From IMG/VR virus record IMGVR_UViG_2865671049_000004, positions 1 to 64,000 of that record: a DNA stretch of 64,000 bases. The stretch is one strand, 5' to 3'. Each line of letters begins with the position of its first letter. Position 1 is the first letter of the stretch. This DNA is from a virus (taxonomy: Duplodnaviria; Caudoviricetes). The translations under genes were made by a program, and so were the position numbers. The notes under the pieces are model-generated. The model searched no databases, was not told the DNA's origin, and saw only the letters and a list, made by a program, of their open reading frames with translations. This document shows, in pieces, positions 26,191 through 34,859 of the stretch.

Positions 26191-26984
26191 CACTCGCCTC
26201 CCGCGGACGCCGGCACCAGCACGGGCAGGGCCGGGATGGTGCTGGCCAGCCAGCCGCCGGGGGCCGTCGTGAAGTGCGGCGCGCCGGCGGTCTCCCACCA
26301 GGATCGGATCGCGGTGGTCCGGACGGCCTCACTTGTGCGCTTGTCGACGTACTCGACGTCCTTCTCCCCCGTTCGGCGGACGGTGACTCGGCCGCGCTTG
26401 CAGCCGTCGGGGTAGTCGCTCCAGTTGATGCGGTGGTCGGCCCAGAGGAGTTCCTGCATTTGTCCGGTGCTGACGCCGTCGAGCTGGCGGTGGGAGTAGT
26501 GGGCCTGCGCGGCCATGGAGATGGAGTTGCGGACGGCGTCGCGCTGGCGCCACAAGAAGTAGTTGGCGACCTCGACGGGGTCGGCGACGGTGAAGACGCG
26601 GGCGTCGAACAGGGCACGGCCGCCCGGCCGGCGGGTGTTGAGTTCGGCGGTGGCGATGGACGCGGCGATGCTGGTCTGCTTGGCGATGACGCCGCCGAAC
26701 CACGGCTGGGTGCTGGGGGTGGCGAAGTCGGTGACGAGCACGCTGATCTCGTCGGACTGGGTGTAGGCGAGGACGGCGCCGGTGATCTCGTTGCAGAGGG
26801 CTTCGGCGACGTGGTTCATGTCTGCCATGAAGGCCTCGTCGTAGGGCTTGGTGGCGCCGCGGAGGTAGGAGTGGAAGGCGCGGCCGTCGACGCGGAGGAG
26901 GGTGTAGGTGCGGCGGGGCAGGAGAGCACGGTAGGTGGCTTCGTGGCGCTTCATGCGGTCGCCGAGGGCGGTCTTGTCGCTCAC
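26190..26984 (-). CDS. tRNA-His guanylyltransferase (Thg1)-like protein
   Basis: DRMK, RVDGRAFH, YTQSDEIS, FDARVF, YF.WRQ.DA.RNS. Confidence 0.93.
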   Translation of the reverse strand: MSDKTALGDRMKRHEATYRALLPRRTYTLLRVDGRAFHSYLRGATKPYDEAFMADMNHVAEALCNEITGAVLAYTQSDEISVLVTDFATPSTQPWFGGVIAKQTSIAASIATAELNTRRPGGRALFDARVFTVADPVEVANYFLWRQRDAVRNSISMAAQAHYSHRQLDGVSTGQMQELLWADHRINWSDYPDGCKRGRVTVRRTGEKDVEYVDKRTSEAVRTTAIRSWWETAGAPHFTTAPGGWLASTIPALPVLVPASAGGE

Positions 26985-27220
26985 TTGGGCTCCTTGCGGG
27001 TGCGGGCGTTGAGGATGGCGGTTGCGGCGCGGTTCTGGCCGAAGCGGTACCAGTGCTGGTCGTCGCCGGCGGAGGTGGCGGGCGGGAGGTTGTGGATGAT
27101 GGCGGCGGCTTCGGCGAGCACCTGGTCGCGGTAGTTGTCGAGCAGCACCGCAGCCTGCTCGGGCAGCTTGAAGGAGACGTGGAACGCGCGCTCGATCCGC
27201 TCGCGCGGGGACCGCTTCAT
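26981..27220 (-). CDS. hypothetical protein
   Basis: Overlap-coupled. Confidence 0.55.
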   Translation of the reverse strand: MKRSPRERIERAFHVSFKLPEQAAVLLDNYRDQVLAEAAAIIHNLPPATSAGDDQHWYRFGQNRAATAILNARTRKEPK

Positions 27221-27477
27221 CGGTGCTTCTCCTCGGTGAGCGGGCCGTAGGTGGCTTCGACGCTGGCGCGGGTGGCGGGCCGCATGTTGCTGGCGAACGG
27301 GACGAGGATGGCCTCGCCGTGCCACGTCCAGGGAACGAGTGCCCAGGTCTCGCTGTCTCGGTCTACGAACCACGGGTAGCGGTGCAGGGTGTCGTCGCAC
27401 AGCTCGTCTTCGAGGGTCCAGGTGGGATGGAATCCGCCCTCGATCGAGTCGTTCTCGGGGATTCCGACGAGGGCCAT
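27217..27477 (-). CDS. hypothetical protein
   Basis: GGAGG RBS before MALVG. Confidence 0.6.
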   Translation of the reverse strand: MALVGIPENDSIEGGFHPTWTLEDELCDDTLHRYPWFVDRDSETWALVPWTWHGEAILVPFASNMRPATRASVEATYGPLTEEKHR

Positions 27478-27478
27478 G

Positions 27479-27895
27479 TCAGTACCTCCAGGTGAGGCCG
27501 TCAACGTCTTCGCAGTCGTCGCCGTGGTCGGGGTCGAGGATGCAGAACACTTCGCGCCCGGTGGAGTCGTGGTTCATCTCGTCGCAGAACGGGCCGTCGC
27601 CGATCCGGGCGTGGATCTCGGCGTCGCGGGCCAGCTCGTCCTCGAAGGCGGCCAGCTCGGCGGCCTCTCGGGCTCGTCGGGTCTCCCAGCCCCTCTGAGC
27701 TGCGTCTGTCCGGGCCTTGCGTGCTTCGGGGCTGTTGCGGCGGGCGGCGCGGGCTCGCTGTCCGGCTTCGGCAATCGCAGCCATGGCGTCAGCCATGCGG
27801 TGCAGGTTGCCCCAGATGGCGTCGGGCTGGCTGTTCACCGCGACACGGGCTGCCTGCTCGAAGTCCGCCTTGAGACGCTGGGCGTCGTCGGTCAT
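27479..27895 (-). CDS. hypothetical protein
   Basis: AAGGAG RBS. Confidence 0.6.
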   Translation of the reverse strand: MTDDAQRLKADFEQAARVAVNSQPDAIWGNLHRMADAMAAIAEAGQRARAARRNSPEARKARTDAAQRGWETRRAREAAELAAFEDELARDAEIHARIGDGPFCDEMNHDSTGREVFCILDPDHGDDCEDVDGLTWRY

Positions 27896-27904
27896 GGCTG
27901 CTCC

Positions 27905-28066
27905 TTACAGGGGTCGGCCGTCGCAGTTGGCATACCCGTCGGCGGTGCGGTGGGGTTCGATGCAGTCGGCGTGGGCGTCCACCGGTGCGAGCTCCCAGCG
28001 GTTGGTGTGGTTGCTCCAGTAGTACTCGCGGCCGTCGGCGGGCGGCAGGGATCCGTCGTAGGTCAC
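27905..28066 (-). CDS. small hypothetical protein
   Basis: GTGA overlap with 28063. Confidence 0.45.
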   Translation of the reverse strand: MTYDGSLPPADGREYYWSNHTNRWELAPVDAHADCIEPHRTADGYANCDGRPL

Positions 28067-28317
28067 GGCCTGGCCTTCGATCCGGCGCACCACGGTGTCC
28101 GCTGTCCGGCCTGGGCGGTGCCGTATCGGGTGTGGTGCGGGATGGTGCCGTTGGCGCGGAGGTTGCACGACTGTTTGCAGGCGGGGCAGTTGGCGATCTG
28201 GCGTCGGGTGGAGGGGGCGTCGATGCGGGCTCGGGCCTCGGGGCTGATCCCGGCGTCGTCGAGGATCTGGTTGAGGATGGTGTCGTAGTACGCCGGGTCT
28301 CCGGGGGCGGTAGTCAC
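28063..28317 (-). CDS. small zinc-binding protein
   Basis: CPAC..H...C. Confidence 0.55.
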   Translation of the reverse strand: MTTAPGDPAYYDTILNQILDDAGISPEARARIDAPSTRRQIANCPACKQSCNLRANGTIPHHTRYGTAQAGQRTPWCAGSKARP

Positions 28318-29111
28318 GGCTGCTCCTTGGTGAGTGCCCGGTCGGCGATGCGCTGGACCTTCGCGGCGAAGTGCTGCTCAGGGTTGTCGGTGAAGCGGTG
28401 GAGTGTGACGAGGGCGGTGACGACCAGGTCGCAGAGCTCGTCGGCGACGTCGGTGGCGGTGTGGGTCTGGCCCTTGCGGGGGTTCTGGCCGAGCTGCCCG
28501 ATGCGGGCCTGGGCTACTTCGCCGGCTTCCTCGACGAGCTTGAGGACGCGGAGGGTGGTCTCGTGGTCGCTGGTGCCGTTGGCGCGGTCGAGCCAGTCGA
28601 CGAGGTTGCGGATGGTGGTGAAGGTGTTGGCCTGCTGGGTCTTGTGCTGCTCGTAGGCGGCGGGCTCGATGTACGTCCGGCCCCGGTTGTAGTGCGGCAC
28701 CGGGTCGATGCCGGGCAGCAGGACGCGGCTCTGCGCGTCGACCTCGTTGAGGTTCCGGTCGTAGTAGGTCGGGTCGGTCTCGTGCTTGGCTCGCCACTCG
28801 CGCAGCCCCTCGGCGGTGGCAACGTCCGGTGCGATCTCGCCGCCATACCAGTCGACGCTGTAGCCGACCTCCTTGAGCTCGGCGGCTGTCAGTTCGCTGA
28901 CCTCTCGCTCGACGCCAGCGGTGACTTCGTAGGCCTCGGCTTGCGGGATGTGGGTGTAGGCGTCGTGTAGGGCGTCGAGGTGCTGGACGAAGCCGGCCTG
29001 CCAGTCGACGGGCATGGACTGGAGCAAGGTGCGGGGCAGGACCAGGTAGTTGGCGTAGCTCAGGCCGAAGTGGCCGTGGACCGGGCCGTCGGTGGGGTGG
29101 AGCTCGGACAT
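28314..29111 (-). CDS. unknown N-terminal domain fused to MazG-like NTP pyrophosphohydrolase
   Basis: KLVEEAGEVAQA...GQNPRKG...DELCD. Confidence 0.8.
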   Translation of the reverse strand: MSELHPTDGPVHGHFGLSYANYLVLPRTLLQSMPVDWQAGFVQHLDALHDAYTHIPQAEAYEVTAGVEREVSELTAAELKEVGYSVDWYGGEIAPDVATAEGLREWRAKHETDPTYYDRNLNEVDAQSRVLLPGIDPVPHYNRGRTYIEPAAYEQHKTQQANTFTTIRNLVDWLDRANGTSDHETTLRVLKLVEEAGEVAQARIGQLGQNPRKGQTHTATDVADELCDLVVTALVTLHRFTDNPEQHFAAKVQRIADRALTKEQP

Positions 29112-29155
29112 GGTGCTGCTCCTCAGGTTCGGTGGTAGGTGACGCGGGGGCCGGC

Positions 29156-29614
29156 TCAGCGGAACGGGCTGAGGGTGCTGTTCGACAGGGCATAGGCGTG
29201 GCCGTACGCGGAGTCGAGGCGGGGGCCGGCAGACCCGTGGTGGAACTCGATCGCCGCGCACTGCAGCGCCGTCGTCGCCTCAAACAGCCCGAGAGCTTGC
29301 AGCTGCAAGTACAGGGCCTGGTCCTCGGGCAGACCGCCAGCAACGACGTGGCAGCGGAGTTCGCTGTCGAGCCCGTCCAGAGCGTCGCGCCAGGTGGAGA
29401 GCATGTCGAGGTGCCCGCGGACGAACTTGTCAACCTCGGCGGCGATGGTGGTGGCCGGGTTGAGGCTGGTGGCGTAGGCCGCGATCTCGGCGAGGGACTT
29501 GCCGTTGAGGTGGTCGAAGCAGTCGGGGATGCCTGCGATTGCAGTCTCGTACTGGCTGAGGGCGGCGCGTGCGGTGCCGCTCAAGCTCGAAGCGTCAAGT
29601 ACGTTCATGTACAT
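29156..29614 (-). CDS. hypothetical protein, first gene of a leftward operon
   Basis: Start codons lie within the palindrome (29608 or 29614). Confidence 0.55.
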   Translation of the reverse strand: MYMNVLDASSLSGTARAALSQYETAIAGIPDCFDHLNGKSLAEIAAYATSLNPATTIAAEVDKFVRGHLDMLSTWRDALDGLDSELRCHVVAGGLPEDQALYLQLQALGLFEATTALQCAAIEFHHGSAGPRLDSAYGHAYALSNSTLSPFR

Positions 29615-29629
29615 CAGTGTACATGAACG
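29602..29629. promoter_or_regulatory. perfect 12-bp inverted repeat (operator-like)
   Basis: cgttcatgtaca-tcag-tgtacatgaacg. Confidence 0.75.
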
Positions 29630-29652
29630 GACGTGAGAGTACACTCCTGTTC

Positions 29653-29847
29653 ATGAATGAAGTCGCCGTTGAGATGAGCACTGCCGACGTCCGAGCCAAA
29701 CTCGCCGACGTCGTGAACGCGGCCGCAGCTCACGGCCGCATCACCTACCTCACAAGCCGAGGCCGACGGATCGCCGCCATGGTTCCCCTGGCCATTGCCG
29801 AACAGGCAGAAGCCGAACGGAAGGCCGCCGAACCCGACGGCCCCTAG
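29653..29847 (+). CDS. Phd/YefM antitoxin-like regulator (orphan)
   Basis: STADVRAKLADVVN...ITYLTSRGRRIAAMVP. Confidence 0.8.
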   Translation: MNEVAVEMSTADVRAKLADVVNAAAAHGRITYLTSRGRRIAAMVPLAIAEQAEAERKAAEPDGP

Positions 29848-29851
29848 CCCG

Positions 29852-29880
29852 AGCCCCCGCCCAGCAGCGGGGGCTTCTTG
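29852..29880 (+). terminator. intrinsic terminator
   Basis: agcccccgc/gcgggggct followed by tcttg. Confidence 0.6.
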
Positions 29881-29945
29881 CTTCAGCGCGCGGTTCCGAC
29901 CGACGGGGATCACCATCAAAGGACACCCGCACCCAGGAGGCACCG

Positions 29946-30170
29946 ATGCTCTTGCAAGGACTCGACGACTGGTGGCCCTGCCCACGCTGCCGCAACAACG
30001 ACAGAAGCAACGTCAGCTGGGACAAGTTCGACACGCAGTGGGCCTTCCCCGAGCCGCCCGAGGGGCAGCAGCTGACCTTCCGCAAGCACTACAAGGTCAG
30101 CGGCGAGTTCTCCTGCAAGGCCTGCGGGGAGTCCGGGCGGGACGTGCTGATCAAAGGTGCCTCGCGGTAG
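29946..30170 (+). CDS. small zinc-ribbon protein
   Basis: AGGAGG RBS; CPRC...CKAC. Confidence 0.6.
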   Translation: MLLQGLDDWWPCPRCRNNDRSNVSWDKFDTQWAFPEPPEGQQLTFRKHYKVSGEFSCKACGESGRDVLIKGASR

Positions 30171-30181
30171 CACCGCGCCTC

Positions 30182-30472
30182 TCAGGCCGCCGCAGCCGGT
30201 GCTCCTGCCGTGAGCTCCTGCCCGCCGGCTATCGGCCCGAGGAGCTGAAGCGCTTCGGCGCCTCGCTCTCCCAGCCTTCCGATGAGGTCTAGCACCTCAC
30301 CGGCGGTGACGCTGCGTACCGCGAATCCGGCCTGCAGCAGGAGCTGGGCCGGCTGGTTGAGGTACTGGGCGACGTACAGCTCGGAGCCGTCGGGCAGCCG
30401 AATGTGGGCGCTCTCGTGGGACCAGAGGTCGCCGGCGACGCAGTAGCCGCCGAGTCCGGTGCAGGTGCTCAT
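30182..30472 (-). CDS. hypothetical protein
   Basis: GGGAGG RBS after a hairpin. Confidence 0.6.
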   Translation of the reverse strand: MSTCTGLGGYCVAGDLWSHESAHIRLPDGSELYVAQYLNQPAQLLLQAGFAVRSVTAGEVLDLIGRLGERGAEALQLLGPIAGGQELTAGAPAAAA

Positions 30473-30484
30473 TGTGTCCTCCCA

Positions 30485-30972
30485 TGCGAAAGGCCCCGCC
30501 GTGATCGGCGGGGCCTTCGGTGTGCGGGCATGAAGAAAGCCCCGTCGCGGATGCGGCGGGGCTTGCGGGTGCGGGGTGGGTCAGTGGCGGGCGCGGCGTC
30601 GGGCGAGGGCGAGGCGGGCGGCGAGGTGGAGCAGGGGGATGGTCGTGGCGGCGAGGCGCAGGGCGAGGGCGGCGGCCTGCCGCGGGGTCAGGTCCAGGAC
30701 GTCGGTGTCGCCGATGAACACGGCGAGGGTGGGCTCGGTGTCGTCCCAGTGTTCGGGGCGGGCCTTGACCTGGTAGTTCGGGGCGATGGTGACGGTGTGG
30801 TCCTTCGCGAAGTGGTGCCAGTGCTGGCCGGTCTGGGTGCAGTGGCCGCCGAGGTGCGGGCAGTGGGGCAAGTGGGCCTCCGGGAATGCGAAAAGGCCTC
30901 GCCCCGGGGTGGGGTGAGGCCTTGGTGGGGGAACGCAAAAAGGCCCCGGCCGGATCGGGTCCGGGGGGCCTC
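30485..30972 (-). terminator. two pairs of hairpin + U-tract elements
   Basis: Approx. 30485-30518, 30535-30565, 30890-30924, 30937-30972; each reads stem-CTTT on the minus strand. Confidence 0.6.
30581..30871 (-). CDS. hypothetical protein
   Basis: TTG start after GGAGG. Confidence 0.5.
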   Translation of the reverse strand: MPHCPHLGGHCTQTGQHWHHFAKDHTVTIAPNYQVKARPEHWDDTEPTLAVFIGDTDVLDLTPRQAAALALRLAATTIPLLHLAARLALARRRARH

Positions 30973-31076
30973 GGGGTGTTCTGGCGTGGTTTCCGCCAGA
31001 GCGACGAGTGTAGCGGGATGCCCCGGCACCGATCAAGGGTCGGGCGGATGTCAGTGCCGGCTGCCACCATCCCGCC

Positions 31077-31607
31077 ATGAATGATCCCCTCGGCTCATGG
31101 GGTGCCGGCCCGTGCCGTGACTGCGGCGGCCACTCCCCCGGGCGTTGGCCTGGTGAGCGTTGTCGTCCGTGCTGGGAGGCGCGCGTGGCGGCCCGCAATG
31201 CCGTCTTCTGGTCCGGTCCGACGGGCCTGTACCGCCTGTACGACGCGGACGGGTTGCTGCTGTACGTGGGGCTGAGTACGGAGCCGGAGCGGCGTTTCAG
31301 GGAGCACCGCAGGACGCCGTGGTGGCGGGACGTTGACCCGGTACGGACCACGATCGAGTGGTTGAACTGCGGGGGGAACGCGGCGATCAGCATGGAGTGG
31401 AAGGTGATCGCCGTGGAGCGGCCGGCAGCGAATGTGGAGGGAGCGGTGGCCCTGCCGCCTGGGTGTCCGGACCTGCCGGAGCTGGGGGTGTGGTTTGACC
31501 GGGACGCGCAGTATCGGGTCTGGCGGCGGTGGTTCGTGGTGTGGCGGGATTGTCGGTTGAACGGGGAGGAGTTGGCGGCGAGGGCGGCGTGTTGTTCGAG
31601 GCGGTAG
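31077..31607 (+). CDS. GIY-YIG nuclease-domain protein
   Basis: GLYRLYDADG.LLYVGLS..PERRF.EH. Confidence 0.8.
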   Translation: MNDPLGSWGAGPCRDCGGHSPGRWPGERCRPCWEARVAARNAVFWSGPTGLYRLYDADGLLLYVGLSTEPERRFREHRRTPWWRDVDPVRTTIEWLNCGGNAAISMEWKVIAVERPAANVEGAVALPPGCPDLPELGVWFDRDAQYRVWRRWFVVWRDCRLNGEELAARAACCSRR

Positions 31608-31702
31608 CGAACAGTTCGTCACGGAAGCATCACGTCCACCACGGGTGTCGGTGGTGGCTGGGAGCATCTGCCCCACCACATCACCATTCCGGGGAGAGCC
31701 CC

Positions 31703-32062
31703 TTGTCCAACCCCAACTACCAGCCGCCGCAGCGTCAGGTTGTGAAGCGCGGCGCGAACCATGGCCTGCACGTAGCGTTGAGCGTTTTGACGTGCGGCCT
31801 GTGGGCGATCACGGGTTGGCCTATCGCTGCGGCGATGGGCCGGAAGACCGTGACGACGACGAACGGCGGAATGCCACCGTACGCGGCCCCGCAGCCCCCT
31901 CCCGGATACGGGCCGCCACCGCAGGGCTACAGGCCGCCTCAGGGCCCGTACGGGGCCGCGCCGGGCCCATACCCGCCGCAGGGGCAGACCCCGCCGCAGG
32001 GCACCAGCTGGCAGGGCACCGGGCAGTGGCCCCAGCAGCCACCCGGACCGCCCCAGCAGTAG
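31703..32062 (+). CDS. membrane protein with Pro/Gln-rich tail
   Basis: ANHGLH..LS.LTCGLW; TTG after GGGGAG. Confidence 0.65.
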   Translation: MSNPNYQPPQRQVVKRGANHGLHVALSVLTCGLWAITGWPIAAAMGRKTVTTTNGGMPPYAAPQPPPGYGPPPQGYRPPQGPYGAAPGPYPPQGQTPPQGTSWQGTGQWPQQPPGPPQQ

Positions 32063-32112
32063 ACACACCTGCGCCCCGCCGCGAGCAACACGGCGGGGCG
32101 CAGTCACGTCCG

Positions 32113-32292
32113 TCAAGGGCGAGACGCCATCAACAGGACCACCCGCGTGAACACCTCCACCATCTCCGAGTCCCGCTGCGGCCCGACCGGCGCGGCCCTA
32201 CCCTCGGCGATCCGCTGCTCCATGAACTCGGAGGTGAACGAGGACGCCGCGGTCAGCATCTCGTCAGTCAGCCACTCCCCCGAACTACTCAC
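32113..32292 (-). CDS. 59-aa hypothetical protein
   Basis: GTG AGT AGT...ATG GCG TCT CGC CCT TGA read by hand. Confidence 0.4.
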   Translation of the reverse strand: MSSSGEWLTDEMLTAASSFTSEFMEQRIAEGRAAPVGPQRDSEMVEVFTRVVLLMASRP

Positions 32293-32824
32293 AGGTCACC
32301 ACCGGATCCACCCTCTCGATCCAATCAGTGCGCCACAGCACCACCTGCCTCGTACCGTGCCCGTACCAGCCGTCACCGAGGGAGTACCGCAAGAGCGGGT
32401 CCTGCTGCGTCCACCACTTGATGCGCGCCAGGTCCTCGTCCAAGACCTGGTACGGGGCGGACGTGAGGGCCGCAGGCCGGCCGTCCTTCAGCCACCCCAC
32501 CGGATGGTCCAGCCAGCCCGCGTCCGGCCTCCCGCCGCCGTAGTGCGTGCAGCTGTCCCCGCCACGCGACGGCCGGCATGTGCGGCTGCTGCGCCGTTGG
32601 AGCCACCGGGGGCAGCAACCGCGAACCGACCGCTTGAGGCCGTACTCCTCCGCCCAGCCGACGATGGCTTCCTGCTTGGCTCGCTGGAGGGGGAGGCGGG
32701 CGTTGAAGGCGTCGGGATCGGTGCGCCTGAGGTGGAGGGGAGGCGTTTCGATGCCGTACGGCCAGTCGATTTCGTGATCGTTGGTGCCGAAGATCTTGGC
32801 GGCTCGGGTGAACAGGTCGGTCAT
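32285..32824 (-). CDS. hypothetical protein
   Basis: AAGGAG RBS before MTDLFTR. Confidence 0.65.
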   Translation of the reverse strand: MTDLFTRAAKIFGTNDHEIDWPYGIETPPLHLRRTDPDAFNARLPLQRAKQEAIVGWAEEYGLKRSVRGCCPRWLQRRSSRTCRPSRGGDSCTHYGGGRPDAGWLDHPVGWLKDGRPAALTSAPYQVLDEDLARIKWWTQQDPLLRYSLGDGWYGHGTRQVVLWRTDWIERVDPVVTCE

Positions 32825-32901
32825 GCGCTGCTCCTTCACGCGGGGTGCAGAGACAGTGTCGGGGAGGCTGTGACTGCTGGCGCCGGGATTTGCCAAACTG
32901 A

Positions 32902-33168
32902 TCAGGTGTCGGTACTGCACGCGCAGTCGGGCTGGGTGCAGTAGCCGGCTTCGCCTTCGCAGACGCCGCCGCAGTTCGGGTCGGGGCACGGGCCGTAGAT
33001 CACGCCACGGATGCACAGGTAGTAGCCGCTGAGGTCATGACCGCACGGGCACTCGGCCGGCTTGACCGGGACCGCGGCAAGGACGGCCAGCACGCCGGGA
33101 GCACCGAGGCTCGATGCGGCTACCAGCTCGTTGAACTCGGCATCGGTGGGATCGGTCTCGGCGCCCAT
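32902..33168 (-). CDS. Cys-rich hypothetical protein
   Basis: CPC..C..CPDPNC. Confidence 0.5.
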   Translation of the reverse strand: MGAETDPTDAEFNELVAASSLGAPGVLAVLAAVPVKPAECPCGHDLSGYYLCIRGVIYGPCPDPNCGGVCEGEAGYCTQPDCACSTDT

Positions 33169-33171
33169 GGG

Positions 33172-33417
33172 TCAGCCCTCCTCGGCGGCGTGGGCCGCTT
33201 CGTACCGGATCTGCTGGAGCAGGGCGGCAGCCCGGTCCCTGCGGCGGGCCCGCGTCACCTCGGCGTCGGCGGCGAGCGACCTGTTCTCCTCGCGGAGCCG
33301 GGCGACCTCGGCGAGGAGCCGGCCGACATCGGTCTGGCCGCGCCAGTCGGGGTGGGTGGAGGCCTCATGACGGGCCCGGATGTCGGCGAGCTGCTGGTCG
33401 GCCAGCGGTCCGGTCAC
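33172..33417 (-). CDS. hypothetical protein (Ead/Ea22-like motif)
   Basis: IRARH...DVGRLLAEVARL. Confidence 0.6.
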   Translation of the reverse strand: MTGPLADQQLADIRARHEASTHPDWRGQTDVGRLLAEVARLREENRSLAADAEVTRARRRDRAAALLQQIRYEAAHAAEEG

Positions 33418-33420
33418 GGG

Positions 33421-33759
33421 TCAGATCTCCATGGTTGCGGGGGTCTTCTGGTAGCCGGCGAGCAGTACGCCCTTCACGGCATAGACGGCGGCGCGCCAGC
33501 ACGGGTCGCACGGCTGGTTACGGTCGGGGCGGTGGCCGAGCGGGGCTGTGATGTGGGCGTTGGCGTGGAGGTACTCGGCGGCGTTGGTCCAGGCGGCCAG
33601 GTGCTGCTCGCCGACCACCCACAGCAGCTGCGGCGGGTACAGGACGACGGCGCCGGCGGGCTTCGCGCTCTCGCGGGCGGCCAAGACCTTGGCGCTGAGG
33701 GCGGCGGCCTGCTCGTCGATCTCGTGGAGCGGCACGTTGAGCGAGTCGGGGGCGCTCAT
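33421..33759 (-). CDS. hypothetical protein
   Basis: AGGAGG RBS; overlap. Confidence 0.6.
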   Translation of the reverse strand: MSAPDSLNVPLHEIDEQAAALSAKVLAARESAKPAGAVVLYPPQLLWVVGEQHLAAWTNAAEYLHANAHITAPLGHRPDRNQPCDPCWRAAVYAVKGVLLAGYQKTPATMEI

Positions 33760-34130
33760 CGGCCAACCTCCTGGGTACGGGCGGCGAGCCGCAGGAGCAC
33801 GTCGGCGTGGCAGGGTGCGCCTTCGGGGCAGTAGCAGGCCAGGCTCTTCCCTCGGAGGGCCGGCAGGCCGTCGAGGATCCGCCGACGGGCCCGGTCGCCT
33901 TCCTCGGACTGCCACATGCTGCGGTTGCCGCGCAGCCAGTCCTCGAAGGCACCGACGACGGCCTTGCGGGCCTGCTCGACGTCGCCGTCGCGGGCGTAGC
34001 CGAGTTCGTAGGCCATGGCGAGGGTGAACGGGTTCCCGAAGCGGGACGGGCGCGTGACGATCACCGTGTTGTCGGGGGTGCGCCAGCCCTTGGTGCGGCG
34101 TCGTTGGATGCGGGAGGGCGTGAGGGTCAT
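33756..34130 (-). CDS. DUF4326-type protein
   Basis: RIQRRRTKGW..RPSRFGNPF..LRGKSLACYC..CHADVL. Confidence 0.85.
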   Translation of the reverse strand: MTLTPSRIQRRRTKGWRTPDNTVIVTRPSRFGNPFTLAMAYELGYARDGDVEQARKAVVGAFEDWLRGNRSMWQSEEGDRARRRILDGLPALRGKSLACYCPEGAPCHADVLLRLAARTQEVGR

Positions 34131-34248
34131 GGGTGCTTCCTCCTGGTTCGTAGTCAATTGTCCTGCAGTTTTGGGCGTGCGGGTAGCCCTGTGACGTGGC
34201 GGGATGCGCTCAACTCGACTTCGAGGAGCAGCGGGTGGGGCCGGCCGG

Positions 34249-34536
34249 CTAGCGAGGGTCTTCGTCGACCGTGACGCTGACCTTCACGTCCAGCGCTCGG
34301 GCGTACCGCATGATCGCCGACAGGCGGGGGTCCCCGCCCAGGCGTTCGAAGTCCGCCACCGCAGCGGCGGTGGTCTCCATGGTGCCTGCAACCGCCTGGT
34401 GGGTGAGCCCGGCCGCCTGCCGGCGGGCTACGAGGGTCTCGATCAGGGTCACCTGCGCTTCCGCGTCTTCGGCGGCCTGCACTGTGCGGGGGTCGGTCGG
34501 GTCGATGCCGAGCAGGGTTGCCAGGTTGCTGTCCAC
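34249..34536 (-). CDS. XRE HTH protein (HigA antitoxin-like, orphan)
   Basis: L.ARR..GLT..VA..M.T...V..FE..DPRLS...RYARAL. Confidence 0.75.
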   Translation of the reverse strand: MDSNLATLLGIDPTDPRTVQAAEDAEAQVTLIETLVARRQAAGLTHQAVAGTMETTAAAVADFERLGGDPRLSAIMRYARALDVKVSVTVDEDPR

Positions 34537-34600
34537 GTGGTCCGTCCTCGTTCGGGTGGGGCCGGCGGGGCGTTGCGCCTGTCCGCAACGCCCCTGTCGG

Positions 34601-34843
34601 CTACTGGTTGTTGCAGGCGCAGTCGTGCGCGTCGGGCCCGTACTCGGGGCAGCCGGGCTTGTGCAGCTGCTTCGGCCAGCCCCCGACGGGCAGGCCGTCC
34701 TCGCGGGACTTCGGCGCGGCCGCCGCGGGAATCGCGTCGCCCTGCACATCGCCCGGGCGCTTGCTCAGGCTGCGGATGAACGACCGCAGGTCGCCCTGCG
34801 CGCGCATCTCCCGGATGTCACTGCTGTCGAAGTCGTCGCTCAC
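34601..34843 (-). CDS. hypothetical protein downstream of dnaB
   Basis: GAGGGG RBS, GTG. Confidence 0.55.
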   Translation of the reverse strand: MSDDFDSSDIREMRAQGDLRSFIRSLSKRPGDVQGDAIPAAAAPKSREDGLPVGGWPKQLHKPGCPEYGPDAHDCACNNQ

Positions 34844-34859
34844 GGAACTTCCCCTCACG

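Noticed and set aside
29653-30170. Complete Phd-toxin TA pair with 29946-30170
   Set aside because: A terminator separates them and the downstream ORF is a zinc-ribbon with no Doc, RelE or PIN motif.
31850-32060. Pro/Gln/Gly repeats as a DNA repeat element
   Set aside because: Explained by a low-complexity protein tail in a single frame.
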